Origin: Bacteroidales bacterium
GTDB taxonomy: Bacteria > Bacteroidota > Bacteroidia > Bacteroidales > VadinHA17
Assembly: GCA_034679225.1 (NCBI GenBank)
Contig: JAXDBC010000076.1
Span: 19,941 to 83,940 of the forward strand
Length of the DNA: 64,000 nt
Reading direction: 5' to 3'
The notes under the pieces were generated by a model, which worked only from the letters and a program-made list of their open reading frames with translations, did not search any database and had not been told where the DNA came from. The translations under genes were made by a program, and so were the position numbers. The first letter of the stretch is position 1; every line of letters starts with the position of its first letter. Shown piece by piece: positions 8,362 through 17,383 of the stretch.

Positions 8362-8369
8362 TAACTTTG
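8362..8369 (+). promoter_or_regulatory. Candidate -7 promoter box TAACTTTG
   Basis: Exact match to the Bacteroidota TAnnTTTG consensus. It ends 6 nt before the first base of the 8376-8475 structured region. Confidence 0.35.
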
Positions 8370-8375
8370 TGTACG

Positions 8376-8475
8376 TCCAGTCCGCATGTTTTGAGCATAA
8401 TGTAAAAATTTGTTTGCTCCAATATACGAATGTGTCACGAACATGCAGGAGCCACAAGCAACGGACTGGATTTTT
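8376..8475 (+). ncRNA. Candidate ~100-nt structured RNA (sRNA or 5' attenuator)
   Basis: The outer 9-bp stem is TCCAGTCCG (8376-8384) / CGGACTGGA (8462-8470). The inner stem is CATGTT (8385-8390) / AACATG (8440-8445), and a further stem is GAGCA/TGCTC. TTTTTA follows immediately. Confidence 0.3.
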
Positions 8476-8530
8476 ATTCGTTTGTGTGTCAATCGAAATT
8501 TCATGTACATTTAGGTCTTACAAAAACTTT

Positions 8531-8643
8531 GTTATGAAACCTGCATGTATCAAATGCACAAATACATATTTATATGATTCTCGGTTATTTGGCTTCCCCC
8601 GCTTGAGCGGGGCAGGTCTAATAGTATTAAAATCAAATAAATT
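8531..8643 (+). repeat. Gene-proximal conserved element, copy 1 of 3 (E1)
   Basis: It shares ATGAAACCYRCATGTAT...CACAAAYA...TTCCCCCGCTTGAGCGGGG with 27688-27794 and 44219-44326. The hairpin is CCCCGC (8597-8602) TTGA GCGGGG (8607-8612). An embedded ORF at 8534-8647 gives 37 aa. Confidence 0.9.
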
Positions 8644-9336
8644 ATGATGAAGAAACTTGTAATACTCACCGGAGCCGGTATGAGCGCCGAAAGTGGAATA
8701 AAAACCTTCCGTGATTCAGGTGGCCTGTGGGAAGAGCACAGGGTTGAGGATGTGGCTTCCCCAATGGGTTGGGCCCTCAACAGGAAGCTGGTCCTTAAGT
8801 TTTACAATGACAGGCGCAGGGAGCTGGCCCGATGTGAGCCCAATGCCGGACACCTTGGTCTGGCCGCGCTAGAAAAGCATTTCAACGTACACATCATAAC
8901 CCAGAATATCGATAATCTGCACGAAAAGGCAGGCAGCACCGATGTAGTCCACCTTCACGGGGAACTGACAAAGGCAAGAAGCACAAAGGATCCTGATCTG
9001 ATATACGACATAGGCTACAAGGATGTCAACGAGGGAGACAAATGCGAATTGGGAAGTCAGTTGCGTCCCCATATCGTGTGGTTCGGGGAGGCCGTGCCTA
9101 TGATTGAGGAGGCTGTTAAAATCACTTCCGAAGCTGATATTTTTGCAGTGATCGGAACTTCGCTGAATGTCTATCCGGCAGCCGGACTTATTGAATATGT
9201 TCCGGATAGAGCCTCTCTGTGGCTTATCGATCCCAACTATGTGTATGTTCCGGGCGACCGCAAGGTCACAGTGATTAAGGAGCCGGCAAGTAAAGGAGTA
9301 GAGGTTCTGACTGAAAGGCTTCTGGCGTTAAAATAA
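8644..9336 (+). CDS. cobB: NAD-dependent protein deacylase, Sir2/CobB family
   Basis: Motifs present: GAGMSAESGIKTFRD, TQNIDNLH, HLHGEL (catalytic His). Confidence 0.88.
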   Translation: MMKKLVILTGAGMSAESGIKTFRDSGGLWEEHRVEDVASPMGWALNRKLVLKFYNDRRRELARCEPNAGHLGLAALEKHFNVHIITQNIDNLHEKAGSTDVVHLHGELTKARSTKDPDLIYDIGYKDVNEGDKCELGSQLRPHIVWFGEAVPMIEEAVKITSEADIFAVIGTSLNVYPAAGLIEYVPDRASLWLIDPNYVYVPGDRKVTVIKEPASKGVEVLTERLLALK

Positions 9337-9403
9337 GAAAAGTCTGTACACTAATTGTCAGATCCCGGGGCTACCGCACCCGTAATACTGATATCTTTAC
9401 ATC

Positions 9404-11350
9404 ATGATCGACCGCCAGACCATAGACAGGATACTCGATGCTGCCGATATAGTGGAGGTAGTACAGGACTTTGTGCCGCTGAAGAAAAGAGGCCTTAATT
9501 ATCTTGGCCTGTGCCCGTTCCACAATGAGAAGACGCCTTCGTTCACGGTGTCGCCGTCGAAAGAGATATTCAAGTGCTTCGGCTGCGGCAAGGCGGGCAA
9601 TGCCGTGAACTTCATCATGGAACATGAGCACCTCAAGTATCCCGAAGCCCTTAAATACCTTGCAAAAAAATACCACATCGAGATTGTCGAGAAAGAAAGA
9701 ACACAGGAGGAAGTTGAAAAGGAAAACGAGAGGGAAAGCCTGTTGGTGATTACCGCCTACGCATCGCGACAGTTTTCCGAAAACCTGTATAATACCAATG
9801 AGGGCATCTCTGTCGGCCTGGGCTATTTCAGGGAAAGGGGCTTCAGACAGGATACCCTTAAGAAATTCGAGGTGGGTTACAGTTTCGAGCAGCGCGATGC
9901 CTTCTCGAAAAAAGCAATCGAGGATGGATATCGCACAGAACTGCTTGTAAAAGCCGGTCTGACCATCCAGAATGAAGAAAGGATATACGACAGGTTCAGC
10001 GGAAGGGTGATGTTCCCTATCCACTCGCTCTCCGGACAGGTTCTCGGATTCGGTGGAAGGATACTGAAATCGGATCAAAAGACAGCTAAATATCTCAATT
10101 CGCCCGAGTCGGAAATTTACCACAAGAGCCGCATCGTTTACGGGATCTATCAGGCCAGGAAGGCAATAAGCCGCCAAAACAAGTGCTACATGGTCGAAGG
10201 ATACACCGATGTGATGTCGATGCATGAGGCAGGCATCGAAAACGTGGTGGCTTCATCAGGTACATCGCTTACCCAGGAACAGGTAAGACTTATCAAACGG
10301 TTTACCCCAAACATCACCATATTATACGACGGCGACCCGGCAGGGATAAAAGCATCCCTGAGGGGAATCGACCTTGTGCTCGAGGAAGGAATGAACGTGA
10401 AAATCGTTCTCCTTCCCGACGGAGAAGATCCCGACTCATATTCCAAAAAAGTAAGCAACAAGGACTTTTCAAATTATATAAAGGAAAAGGAAACCGACTT
10501 TATCAGGTTCAAAACTCAGCTTCTACTTGCCGAGTCGAACAACGACCCTGTGCGGAAGGCAGAGCTGATAAAAGACATAGTGAAGTCGATAGCCGTCATA
10601 CCCGAGGCAATAACCCGCACCGTATACATAAAGGAGTGCAGCATGGTGATGGATGTGACGGAGCCGGTACTTTACCATGAGGTCAACAAGCTGCGTCAGC
10701 AGAAATCCTTTCAGGAAAGAAACAAATACCCAGGACCGGAAGTTCTTCCGGTACCTCCTGTTCAAACGGTTAAACCTTTAGTTCACAAGATTACCTCCTT
10801 CTTCTCCGAGAGGGAAATCATCCGCCTTCTTCTTAAATACGGGAGTATCGAGTTTGAACGCGATATAAGCGAGGAGGATGGAAAGGAGGAAATCAATACT
10901 GTCTCAGATTATATCGTCAGGGAAATCACTAACGACGATCTGTCATTCGACGACGGGATATGCGCCAGGATATTTGCCGACTTCAGGTTTTACACCTCAC
11001 AGGGACTGTTCCCGGGCGACAAGCATTTCGTGAAGCATGAGGATCCCGAAATATCGAAGTTTTCTGCCGACCTGCTAGCAGAGTCGCATGAGCTTAGCAG
11101 TATATGGAAAAACAGGCAGACCTTTGTCGAGACTGAGGACATGAAACTCCGTGATATTGTTCCGGATGCCGTTCTAAAGTTCAAGAGCGATAAAATAATT
11201 GCGGTCAGAAAGGAGGTAATGGCTCAGCTCGAGGAAGCTGTCAATGAAGGGGATCAGGAGAAAGTGCTTAAGCTTCAGCAAAGGTACAACAGCCTGAACT
11301 CTGCACTGGGAATAATCTCAAGGCAGCTTGGGAACAGGATACTACTTTAA
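9404..11350 (+). CDS. dnaG: DNA primase
   Basis: Zinc ribbon CPFHNEKTPSFTVSPSKEIFKCFGCGKAGN, RNA polymerase core, and TOPRIM motifs (MVEGYTDVM, YDGDPAG). Confidence 0.96.
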   Translation: MIDRQTIDRILDAADIVEVVQDFVPLKKRGLNYLGLCPFHNEKTPSFTVSPSKEIFKCFGCGKAGNAVNFIMEHEHLKYPEALKYLAKKYHIEIVEKERTQEEVEKENERESLLVITAYASRQFSENLYNTNEGISVGLGYFRERGFRQDTLKKFEVGYSFEQRDAFSKKAIEDGYRTELLVKAGLTIQNEERIYDRFSGRVMFPIHSLSGQVLGFGGRILKSDQKTAKYLNSPESEIYHKSRIVYGIYQARKAISRQNKCYMVEGYTDVMSMHEAGIENVVASSGTSLTQEQVRLIKRFTPNITILYDGDPAGIKASLRGIDLVLEEGMNVKIVLLPDGEDPDSYSKKVSNKDFSNYIKEKETDFIRFKTQLLLAESNNDPVRKAELIKDIVKSIAVIPEAITRTVYIKECSMVMDVTEPVLYHEVNKLRQQKSFQERNKYPGPEVLPVPPVQTVKPLVHKITSFFSEREIIRLLLKYGSIEFERDISEEDGKEEINTVSDYIVREITNDDLSFDDGICARIFADFRFYTSQGLFPGDKHFVKHEDPEISKFSADLLAESHELSSIWKNRQTFVETEDMKLRDIVPDAVLKFKSDKIIAVRKEVMAQLEEAVNEGDQEKVLKLQQRYNSLNSALGIISRQLGNRILL

Positions 11351-11353
11351 ATG

Positions 11354-11719
11354 GTCCTTCGGTCTTGCAGTCTTGCAGTCTTGCGGTCTTGCAGTCTTGC
11401 GGTCCTGCGGTCTTGCGGTCCTGCGGTCTCTTCCTATGTATTTAGCTATCAGAAATGAGACCCGGAATATGTTATAACAATGTTATAACAGATCGGTATG
11501 CGCTCTAAGTCAAAACCCACCCCCTAACCCCCCATTCCCTTGTCTCCCCGTCTCCCCGTCTCTTCGTCTTTCGCCGCGTGCTGCACGCCGCTAGCCGCAT
11601 GCCGTTCTTCCCCCTGTGCTTTACCCCCATCCCGTCCCGATAGCTATCGGGAGCTTTCGGGATGGGGAGTAAAACTTCTGGGAGTAAAACTTCTGGGAGT
11701 AAAACTTTGGGAGTAAAAC
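11354..11719. repeat. Large mosaic intergenic repeat element (inverted relative to the 63589-63989 copy)
   Basis: In order:
- 9 octamers GTCYTGCR (11354-11425)
- anchor GTCTCTTCCTATGTATTTAGCTATCAG (11426-11452)
- 2x the palindrome GTTATAAC (11471-78, 11482-89)
- AACCCACCCCC
- CCCGTCTC x2
- the inverted GAACGGCATGCGGC module
- a nested perfect hairpin (11625-11667)
- a 15-mer GGGAGTAAAACTTCT x3.7 (11665-11719). Confidence 0.95.
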
Positions 11720-11818
11720 AAAAAGGAGATAAACCATCTTTCGCGAGTTCTGAAAGTTTTCTGCCAAGGATTAAAATTTCGTAATTTTAGGCTTTGATTT
11801 AATCTCAATATACTCCTT

Positions 11819-14800
11819 ATGAAGTCACTTCGCTTTATTTTGCCGGTTCTGACAACAATGATAATCTTTTCATGCGGCAGAACCGAAAAAACAGCATTGA
11901 AGCTGTCGCTCAAAAGACCAAGGGATATTTCTGAAGTCGTGGTTCCTGTCGATAAGGGATTCAGTGATTACATTGCCGGGTACACCTCAGGGATCGTGTC
12001 GGTCAACGCGGCCGTGGAGATCCGTTTCACACCTGAATTCGCTGCCGGTATCAAAAGAAAGAATCCTACTGGGCTTTTCATATTTGAACCGGCAATCAAG
12101 GGAAATGCCGAATGGACTGATGAGCTCACTCTTGTCTTCAGGCCGGCTAAGCCGCTCGATCCGGGAACGCTGTATTCGGGAAAACTAAATCTCGATCGCC
12201 TTGGCCAGGTAAAAGAAAACCTTAAGACATTCCCGATCTGGATCCAGACTATAAGAAAAGATTTCATTGTCACCACCGGAATGCTTGAGAGCTCGCGGGA
12301 AGGCGACAGTTATACGCTTCACGGACAGATCACGGCTTCAGACTACATAACCTCACAGGAGGTGGAGTCCTATCTCCAGGCGAAGATCGGGAGAAAAAAG
12401 ATGCCGGTGGTATGGGATCACTCCGATATGCTGATCCACAGATTTACCGTTACCGGCCTGAACAGAACCGACAGTCCCCGGAAACTGGAACTCTCATGGG
12501 ACGGATCCGCGGCGAAGGTAAGGCAGAAGGGAAATGCCATTGTTCAGATTCCGGCACTGGACGATTTCTCGGTAAGGGATATAATAATAGCTCCGGGAGG
12601 AAACAGGAACATCGACATAGTGTTCTCTGATCCGCTTGATCAGTCGCAGGACACTGAAGGGATTATATGGCTCTCCCCGTCTTTGGAAATGTCGGTCAGC
12701 ATCAGTTCAAACATTGTCAGCCTCTTTCCCGTCTCAGCGCCTGAAGGTCCGTTTGAACTCAATGTGGAAACATCGCTGAAGAACAATAAGGGAGCTTCCC
12801 TGTCCTCGGCTTTCAGGAAGCAGATCGACCTTTCTCCCATCCCGCCATCGATAGAACTCACAGGCAATGGAGTCATTGTGCCCTCGTCTAAGGAACTGAT
12901 CTTCCCGTTCAAGGCGGCAAACCTGAAAGCTGTCGACCTTAAGATTATCAAGATATTTGATAACAACCTGCCCTGGTTTCTCCAGGAAAATGACATCAAT
13001 ACCGCTTACTCGGTGAAGAGGTTCGGCCGTCCGGTTTATTCAGGGAAGCTGGATCTGGTGAACCCTGCCGGAAGCGGTACATCGGGATGGAACCTTTACA
13101 CGGTAGATCTTTCTGAGTATATTGATATAGAGCCGGGTATCCTGTACAGGGTGGAACTGTCAATGCAGCCTTCATATTCACTTTATCCATGTTCCGATCC
13201 CCTGGAACTCGGGAAATATGAAGAGATGATAAGGATGACGGAAGAAATGAGCCGTTCGTCATGGGACGATCCCGACAATTTCTACTCCGAAAGTGATGAC
13301 TACATCTACTATTCATTCGGATTCAACTGGCGCGAAAGGGACAACCCATGCAAGGTTTCATATTTCAATCCCGACAGGAAGATAAGGCGTAACATTCTTG
13401 CATCCAATTTCGGGATCATGGCAAAAAAAGGAAGCGGCAATGACCTGAATGTCGTCGTAAGCGATCTGCTTACTGCTTTGCCTCTCAGCGAGGTGGATAT
13501 CACGGTTTATAACATGCAGATCCAGCAGATTGCCTCAGGCATGACGGGAAAGGACGGTTCGGTAAAGCTACGGTGCGACGGGAATCCTTTCCTTGTCATT
13601 GCCCGGAAGGACCGTGACCGCAATTATCTTAAGATTACCGACGGGTCGGCCCTTTCGATGAGCTCATTCGATGTATCGGGAGTGACTCCGGAAAATGGTA
13701 TCAAGGCATTTATCTTTGGAGAAAGGGATGTATGGCGGCCGGGCGATTCAATATTCCTCTCCGTTTTCATAAGGGATATGAATCAGAGCCTTCCTCCCGA
13801 TCATCCGGTACAGTTTGAACTCTCCAACCCGCTTTCCCAGAAAATCGATCACCAGGTACAGATCCCGGGTGGTAAGAAGCTTCTCACCTTCAGGACGACA
13901 ACTTCGCCCGATGCAGTGACCGGCGATTATACGGCAAGATTCAGCATAGGAGGAGCAAGATTTACAAAGAGGGTAAGAGTAGAGACCATCAAGCCCAACA
14001 GGCTGCATATCGATCTGAAATTTCCGGGAGAGATGCTTGGCGGAACGGGAGGTTCGGCAAAGGGTACTCTAAAGGTGAAATGGCTTAACGGGGCAACGGC
14101 TGGAAACCTGAAATCGTCGGTTGAATACATGCTCAAGCCGGCAGTTACAACTTTTAAGTCGTTCCCGAACTACAATTTTGACGATCCTTCAATACAGTTC
14201 TATTCCGAAACCACCGGCATGTTCGAAGGCTCGGTTGATGATGGCGGCAATGCATCGGTGATATTCAACCCGGGTAATGAGATCCGGGCCCCGGGCATGA
14301 TGAATGCCGTATTTACCTCGAGAGTTGCGGAGAAAGGCGGCGATGAAAGCATAACCCAGTCAGTGTACAAATATGCCCCGTACAGGATTTTTGCAGGGAT
14401 CGAACTTCCCGGCATGAAGGAAAATGACAGGATGCTATTCACCGACAGGGAAAACAAGGTCAACATAGCTACTGTCGATCCGCTTGGAAATCCTGTAAAC
14501 ACGGAAGCAGACATCAACGTATACCGTATTTCATACAGCTGGTGGTGGGAATCGGACAGGGAGGATCTTGCAGCCTACATTTCAAATAATATTTACAAGC
14601 CCGTTGTCAGTTCGAAGATAGTAACCAGCGGCGGCAAGGGTTCTTTCAGCTTCAGCATCCCGAGGAACGACTGGGGAAGGTACCTGATAAGAGTTTCCAT
14701 TCCCGGAGGACATTCGACCGGGAAAATCGTACTGATTGACTGGCCCTGGGAATATGGAATGAAGAGAAACGCCGAAGGTGCGACACTTCTTTCAGTAAGC

Positions 14801-17383
14801 ACCGACAAAGAAAAATACAATCCCGGTGATGAAGTGAAACTCAGCTTCCCTGCACCCGAGAACTCAAGGATAATAGTAACTCTTGAAAACTCAAGTTCGG
14901 TGCTTGAGGAGATCCGCGCAATAGGGCAGAAGGGCAACAACGTGGTGACTTTCAAAGCCAAACCCGAAATGGCTCCGAACGTCTACGCCAATGTTACCGT
15001 TATTCAGCCCCATGCCCAGACTTTTAACGACATGCCTATGAGGCTCTACGGGGTTGTTCCGGTGATGGTTGAGGATCCGGCAACCCGGCTTGAACCGGTG
15101 ATAACAATGCCAAACCAGCTCAGGTCCGGTCAGCAGTTTGAGCTTAAGGTACATGAAGCCGGAAAGAAACCCATGAGCTACACCCTGGCAATTGTCGACG
15201 AAGGACTTCTGAATATTACTGGATTCAGGACACCCGATCCATGGAAGTATTTTTATGCCCGTGAAGCACTGGGAGTGAGGACATGGGATCTTTACGACAT
15301 GGTGCTGGGAGCTTTCGGCGGGACCCTCGACAGGCTTCTTGCCACCGGAGGCGATGAAATGCTGATCGACAGGACAGCCAATAAAGCCCAGCGCTTCACA
15401 CCGGTAGTGAAGTTCCTCGGTCCATTTACCCTGGGACAGGGAAAAACGGAAACTCATCTTATTACCCTTCCGCAGTACACGGGATCGGTTAGGGCAATGG
15501 TGGTGGCAGGCAACGACAGGGCTTACGGATTCACTGAGACAAGCGTCCCTGTAAAGGATCCTCTTATGATACTTGCAACTGCACCGAGAGTTGTGAGCCC
15601 GGGAGAAAAGGTTGCACTGCCTGTCACTCTCTTCGTCCAGATAGAAAATATAAGAAACGTAAACCTGAGCGTTGAAAGCAACGAACTTGTAAGTTTCAGC
15701 GAGAGCTCCAAGAGCATTGCCGTCGCGGGAAGTGGTGAGAAGGATGTTGATTTCCTGTTCACTGCCGGCGAAAAGACAGGAACTGCTACAATTAAACTGA
15801 AAGCTTCCGGGGGAGGAGAGACGGCCGTTTACGATATCTCGCTCGATGTCAGAAGTCCCAATCCGCCCGAGACAAGAGCGGAGCTGAGGATACTGAAACC
15901 CGGGGAAAAATGGGAAACATCATTCACGCCTTTCGGAATGGCCGGCACTAATTCAGCCACACTCGAAACATCCCTTCTTCCATCGGTCAACCTCGGGAAA
16001 AGGCTTTCATACCTGATTGAATATCCCCACGGATGCACCGAACAGGTAATTTCCGCCGCCTTCCCGCAGATATGGCTGAACGAGCTTTCCGGGTCAGGCG
16101 ATGCTGATGCAGCCAGGGCACAGGATTACATCAATGAAGCCATCAACAAGATAGTTACCAGGCAGATGGGCAGCGGGGGACTTGCAGTGTGGCCGGGAAA
16201 TTACCAGCCCGACAACTGGGTGACATCCTATGCCGGGCACTTCATGGCCGAGGCAGAACGCAAAGGATATACTATACCCCAGGATTTCAGGAGAAAATGG
16301 ACAAGTTACCAGAAGAACGAGGCCCAGGGATGGAAATATGATCCCAAATTCAGGCACACTGCCAATGATCAGGCATACAGGCTGTTCTCCCTCGCGCTTG
16401 CCGGATCGCCCGAACGGGGCGCCATGAACAGGCTGAGGGAGTCGCGGGATATACCGCAGCTTGCACGATGGCTTCTTGCTGCAGCTTACGCCGTATCAGG
16501 CCGGCCGGAGGCCTCGGCGGAACTGCTCGACATGAGAAAGCTTGAGACTGAAACTGAATACTACGGCTGGTACTATGGAAGCCAGTTACGTGACAAGTCG
16601 ATAATACTTTATACACTGGCGACACTGAAGAAGGAAGAGGAAGCGCTTCCGCTGCTTAGACAGGTGTGCGATGAGCTGAACTCTGAATCGTGGTTCAGTA
16701 CCCAGTCGGTTGCCTGGGGACTGTTTGCCTATATGAAGTATGCTGAACTGGTATCGCCCGGCACAACCGGCGAGGCAGCATTCCGGGTCACTTACAACGC
16801 GCAGGGATATGATGAGAAAGCCTTGCCAGGTAAGCTGATCACGAGAAGCCTTAAGGCAGATGTTCCGGGGAAGCTTGTTGCCGAGAACCTGTCAGACAAG
16901 CCCCTTTATTTCAACCTTGTAAGAAAAGGCATACCTTTGATTTCCGATCAGTCAGCAGCTGAAAACGGATTGAGCCTCAGGGTAGATTACACAGATACAG
17001 GGCTGAAACCGGTTGATCACCGCAGCCTTGTTCAGGGCACCGACTTCATGATGGTGACAAAGGTTACAAACACTTCCTTCGACAGGCTTGATAACATCGC
17101 ACTGACACAAATGCTTCCTTCGGGCTGGGAGATACTGAACACCAGGATGTTCGAGACCAGTTACGGAATAGAGGAAAGCGCTTATGACTACCGCGACATC
17201 AGAGATGACAGGGTGAACACTTATTTTTCGCTGAACCGCGGCGAGTCGAAGACCTTTGTCATTATCCTCAACGCGGCATACAAGGGAGAATATAACCAGC
17301 CGGCAATAGTTTGCGAGGCGATGTACACCCCCGACTGCCGCTCGAGGATACCGGGAACAAAAGTTGTTGTCACCGGACAGTGA
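11819..17383 (+). CDS. Alpha-2-macroglobulin family lipoprotein (thioester-containing, ECAM/YfhM-like)
   Basis: 1854 aa. The lipobox is IIFSC. The thioester motif GCTEQ is encoded at 16031-16045 (CTEQ at 16034-16045). It has MG-domain-length architecture and is followed by pbpC, as in the E. coli yfhM-pbpC pair. Confidence 0.92.
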   Translation: MKSLRFILPVLTTMIIFSCGRTEKTALKLSLKRPRDISEVVVPVDKGFSDYIAGYTSGIVSVNAAVEIRFTPEFAAGIKRKNPTGLFIFEPAIKGNAEWTDELTLVFRPAKPLDPGTLYSGKLNLDRLGQVKENLKTFPIWIQTIRKDFIVTTGMLESSREGDSYTLHGQITASDYITSQEVESYLQAKIGRKKMPVVWDHSDMLIHRFTVTGLNRTDSPRKLELSWDGSAAKVRQKGNAIVQIPALDDFSVRDIIIAPGGNRNIDIVFSDPLDQSQDTEGIIWLSPSLEMSVSISSNIVSLFPVSAPEGPFELNVETSLKNNKGASLSSAFRKQIDLSPIPPSIELTGNGVIVPSSKELIFPFKAANLKAVDLKIIKIFDNNLPWFLQENDINTAYSVKRFGRPVYSGKLDLVNPAGSGTSGWNLYTVDLSEYIDIEPGILYRVELSMQPSYSLYPCSDPLELGKYEEMIRMTEEMSRSSWDDPDNFYSESDDYIYYSFGFNWRERDNPCKVSYFNPDRKIRRNILASNFGIMAKKGSGNDLNVVVSDLLTALPLSEVDITVYNMQIQQIASGMTGKDGSVKLRCDGNPFLVIARKDRDRNYLKITDGSALSMSSFDVSGVTPENGIKAFIFGERDVWRPGDSIFLSVFIRDMNQSLPPDHPVQFELSNPLSQKIDHQVQIPGGKKLLTFRTTTSPDAVTGDYTARFSIGGARFTKRVRVETIKPNRLHIDLKFPGEMLGGTGGSAKGTLKVKWLNGATAGNLKSSVEYMLKPAVTTFKSFPNYNFDDPSIQFYSETTGMFEGSVDDGGNASVIFNPGNEIRAPGMMNAVFTSRVAEKGGDESITQSVYKYAPYRIFAGIELPGMKENDRMLFTDRENKVNIATVDPLGNPVNTEADINVYRISYSWWWESDREDLAAYISNNIYKPVVSSKIVTSGGKGSFSFSIPRNDWGRYLIRVSIPGGHSTGKIVLIDWPWEYGMKRNAEGATLLSVSTDKEKYNPGDEVKLSFPAPENSRIIVTLENSSSVLEEIRAIGQKGNNVVTFKAKPEMAPNVYANVTVIQPHAQTFNDMPMRLYGVVPVMVEDPATRLEPVITMPNQLRSGQQFELKVHEAGKKPMSYTLAIVDEGLLNITGFRTPDPWKYFYAREALGVRTWDLYDMVLGAFGGTLDRLLATGGDEMLIDRTANKAQRFTPVVKFLGPFTLGQGKTETHLITLPQYTGSVRAMVVAGNDRAYGFTETSVPVKDPLMILATAPRVVSPGEKVALPVTLFVQIENIRNVNLSVESNELVSFSESSKSIAVAGSGEKDVDFLFTAGEKTGTATIKLKASGGGETAVYDISLDVRSPNPPETRAELRILKPGEKWETSFTPFGMAGTNSATLETSLLPSVNLGKRLSYLIEYPHGCTEQVISAAFPQIWLNELSGSGDADAARAQDYINEAINKIVTRQMGSGGLAVWPGNYQPDNWVTSYAGHFMAEAERKGYTIPQDFRRKWTSYQKNEAQGWKYDPKFRHTANDQAYRLFSLALAGSPERGAMNRLRESRDIPQLARWLLAAAYAVSGRPEASAELLDMRKLETETEYYGWYYGSQLRDKSIILYTLATLKKEEEALPLLRQVCDELNSESWFSTQSVAWGLFAYMKYAELVSPGTTGEAAFRVTYNAQGYDEKALPGKLITRSLKADVPGKLVAENLSDKPLYFNLVRKGIPLISDQSAAENGLSLRVDYTDTGLKPVDHRSLVQGTDFMMVTKVTNTSFDRLDNIALTQMLPSGWEILNTRMFETSYGIEESAYDYRDIRDDRVNTYFSLNRGESKTFVIILNAAYKGEYNQPAIVCEAMYTPDCRSRIPGTKVVVTGQ

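Noticed and set aside
8644-9336. Sir2-domain protein as an antiphage defence effector (Thoeris/DSR/SIR2-HerA-like)
   Set aside because: It is a short stand-alone CobB-type deacylase (230 aa) with an intact sirtuin core. It has no fused or adjacent partner domain (TIR, HerA, SLOG, Argonaute) and sits among housekeeping genes (ubiX, dnaG).
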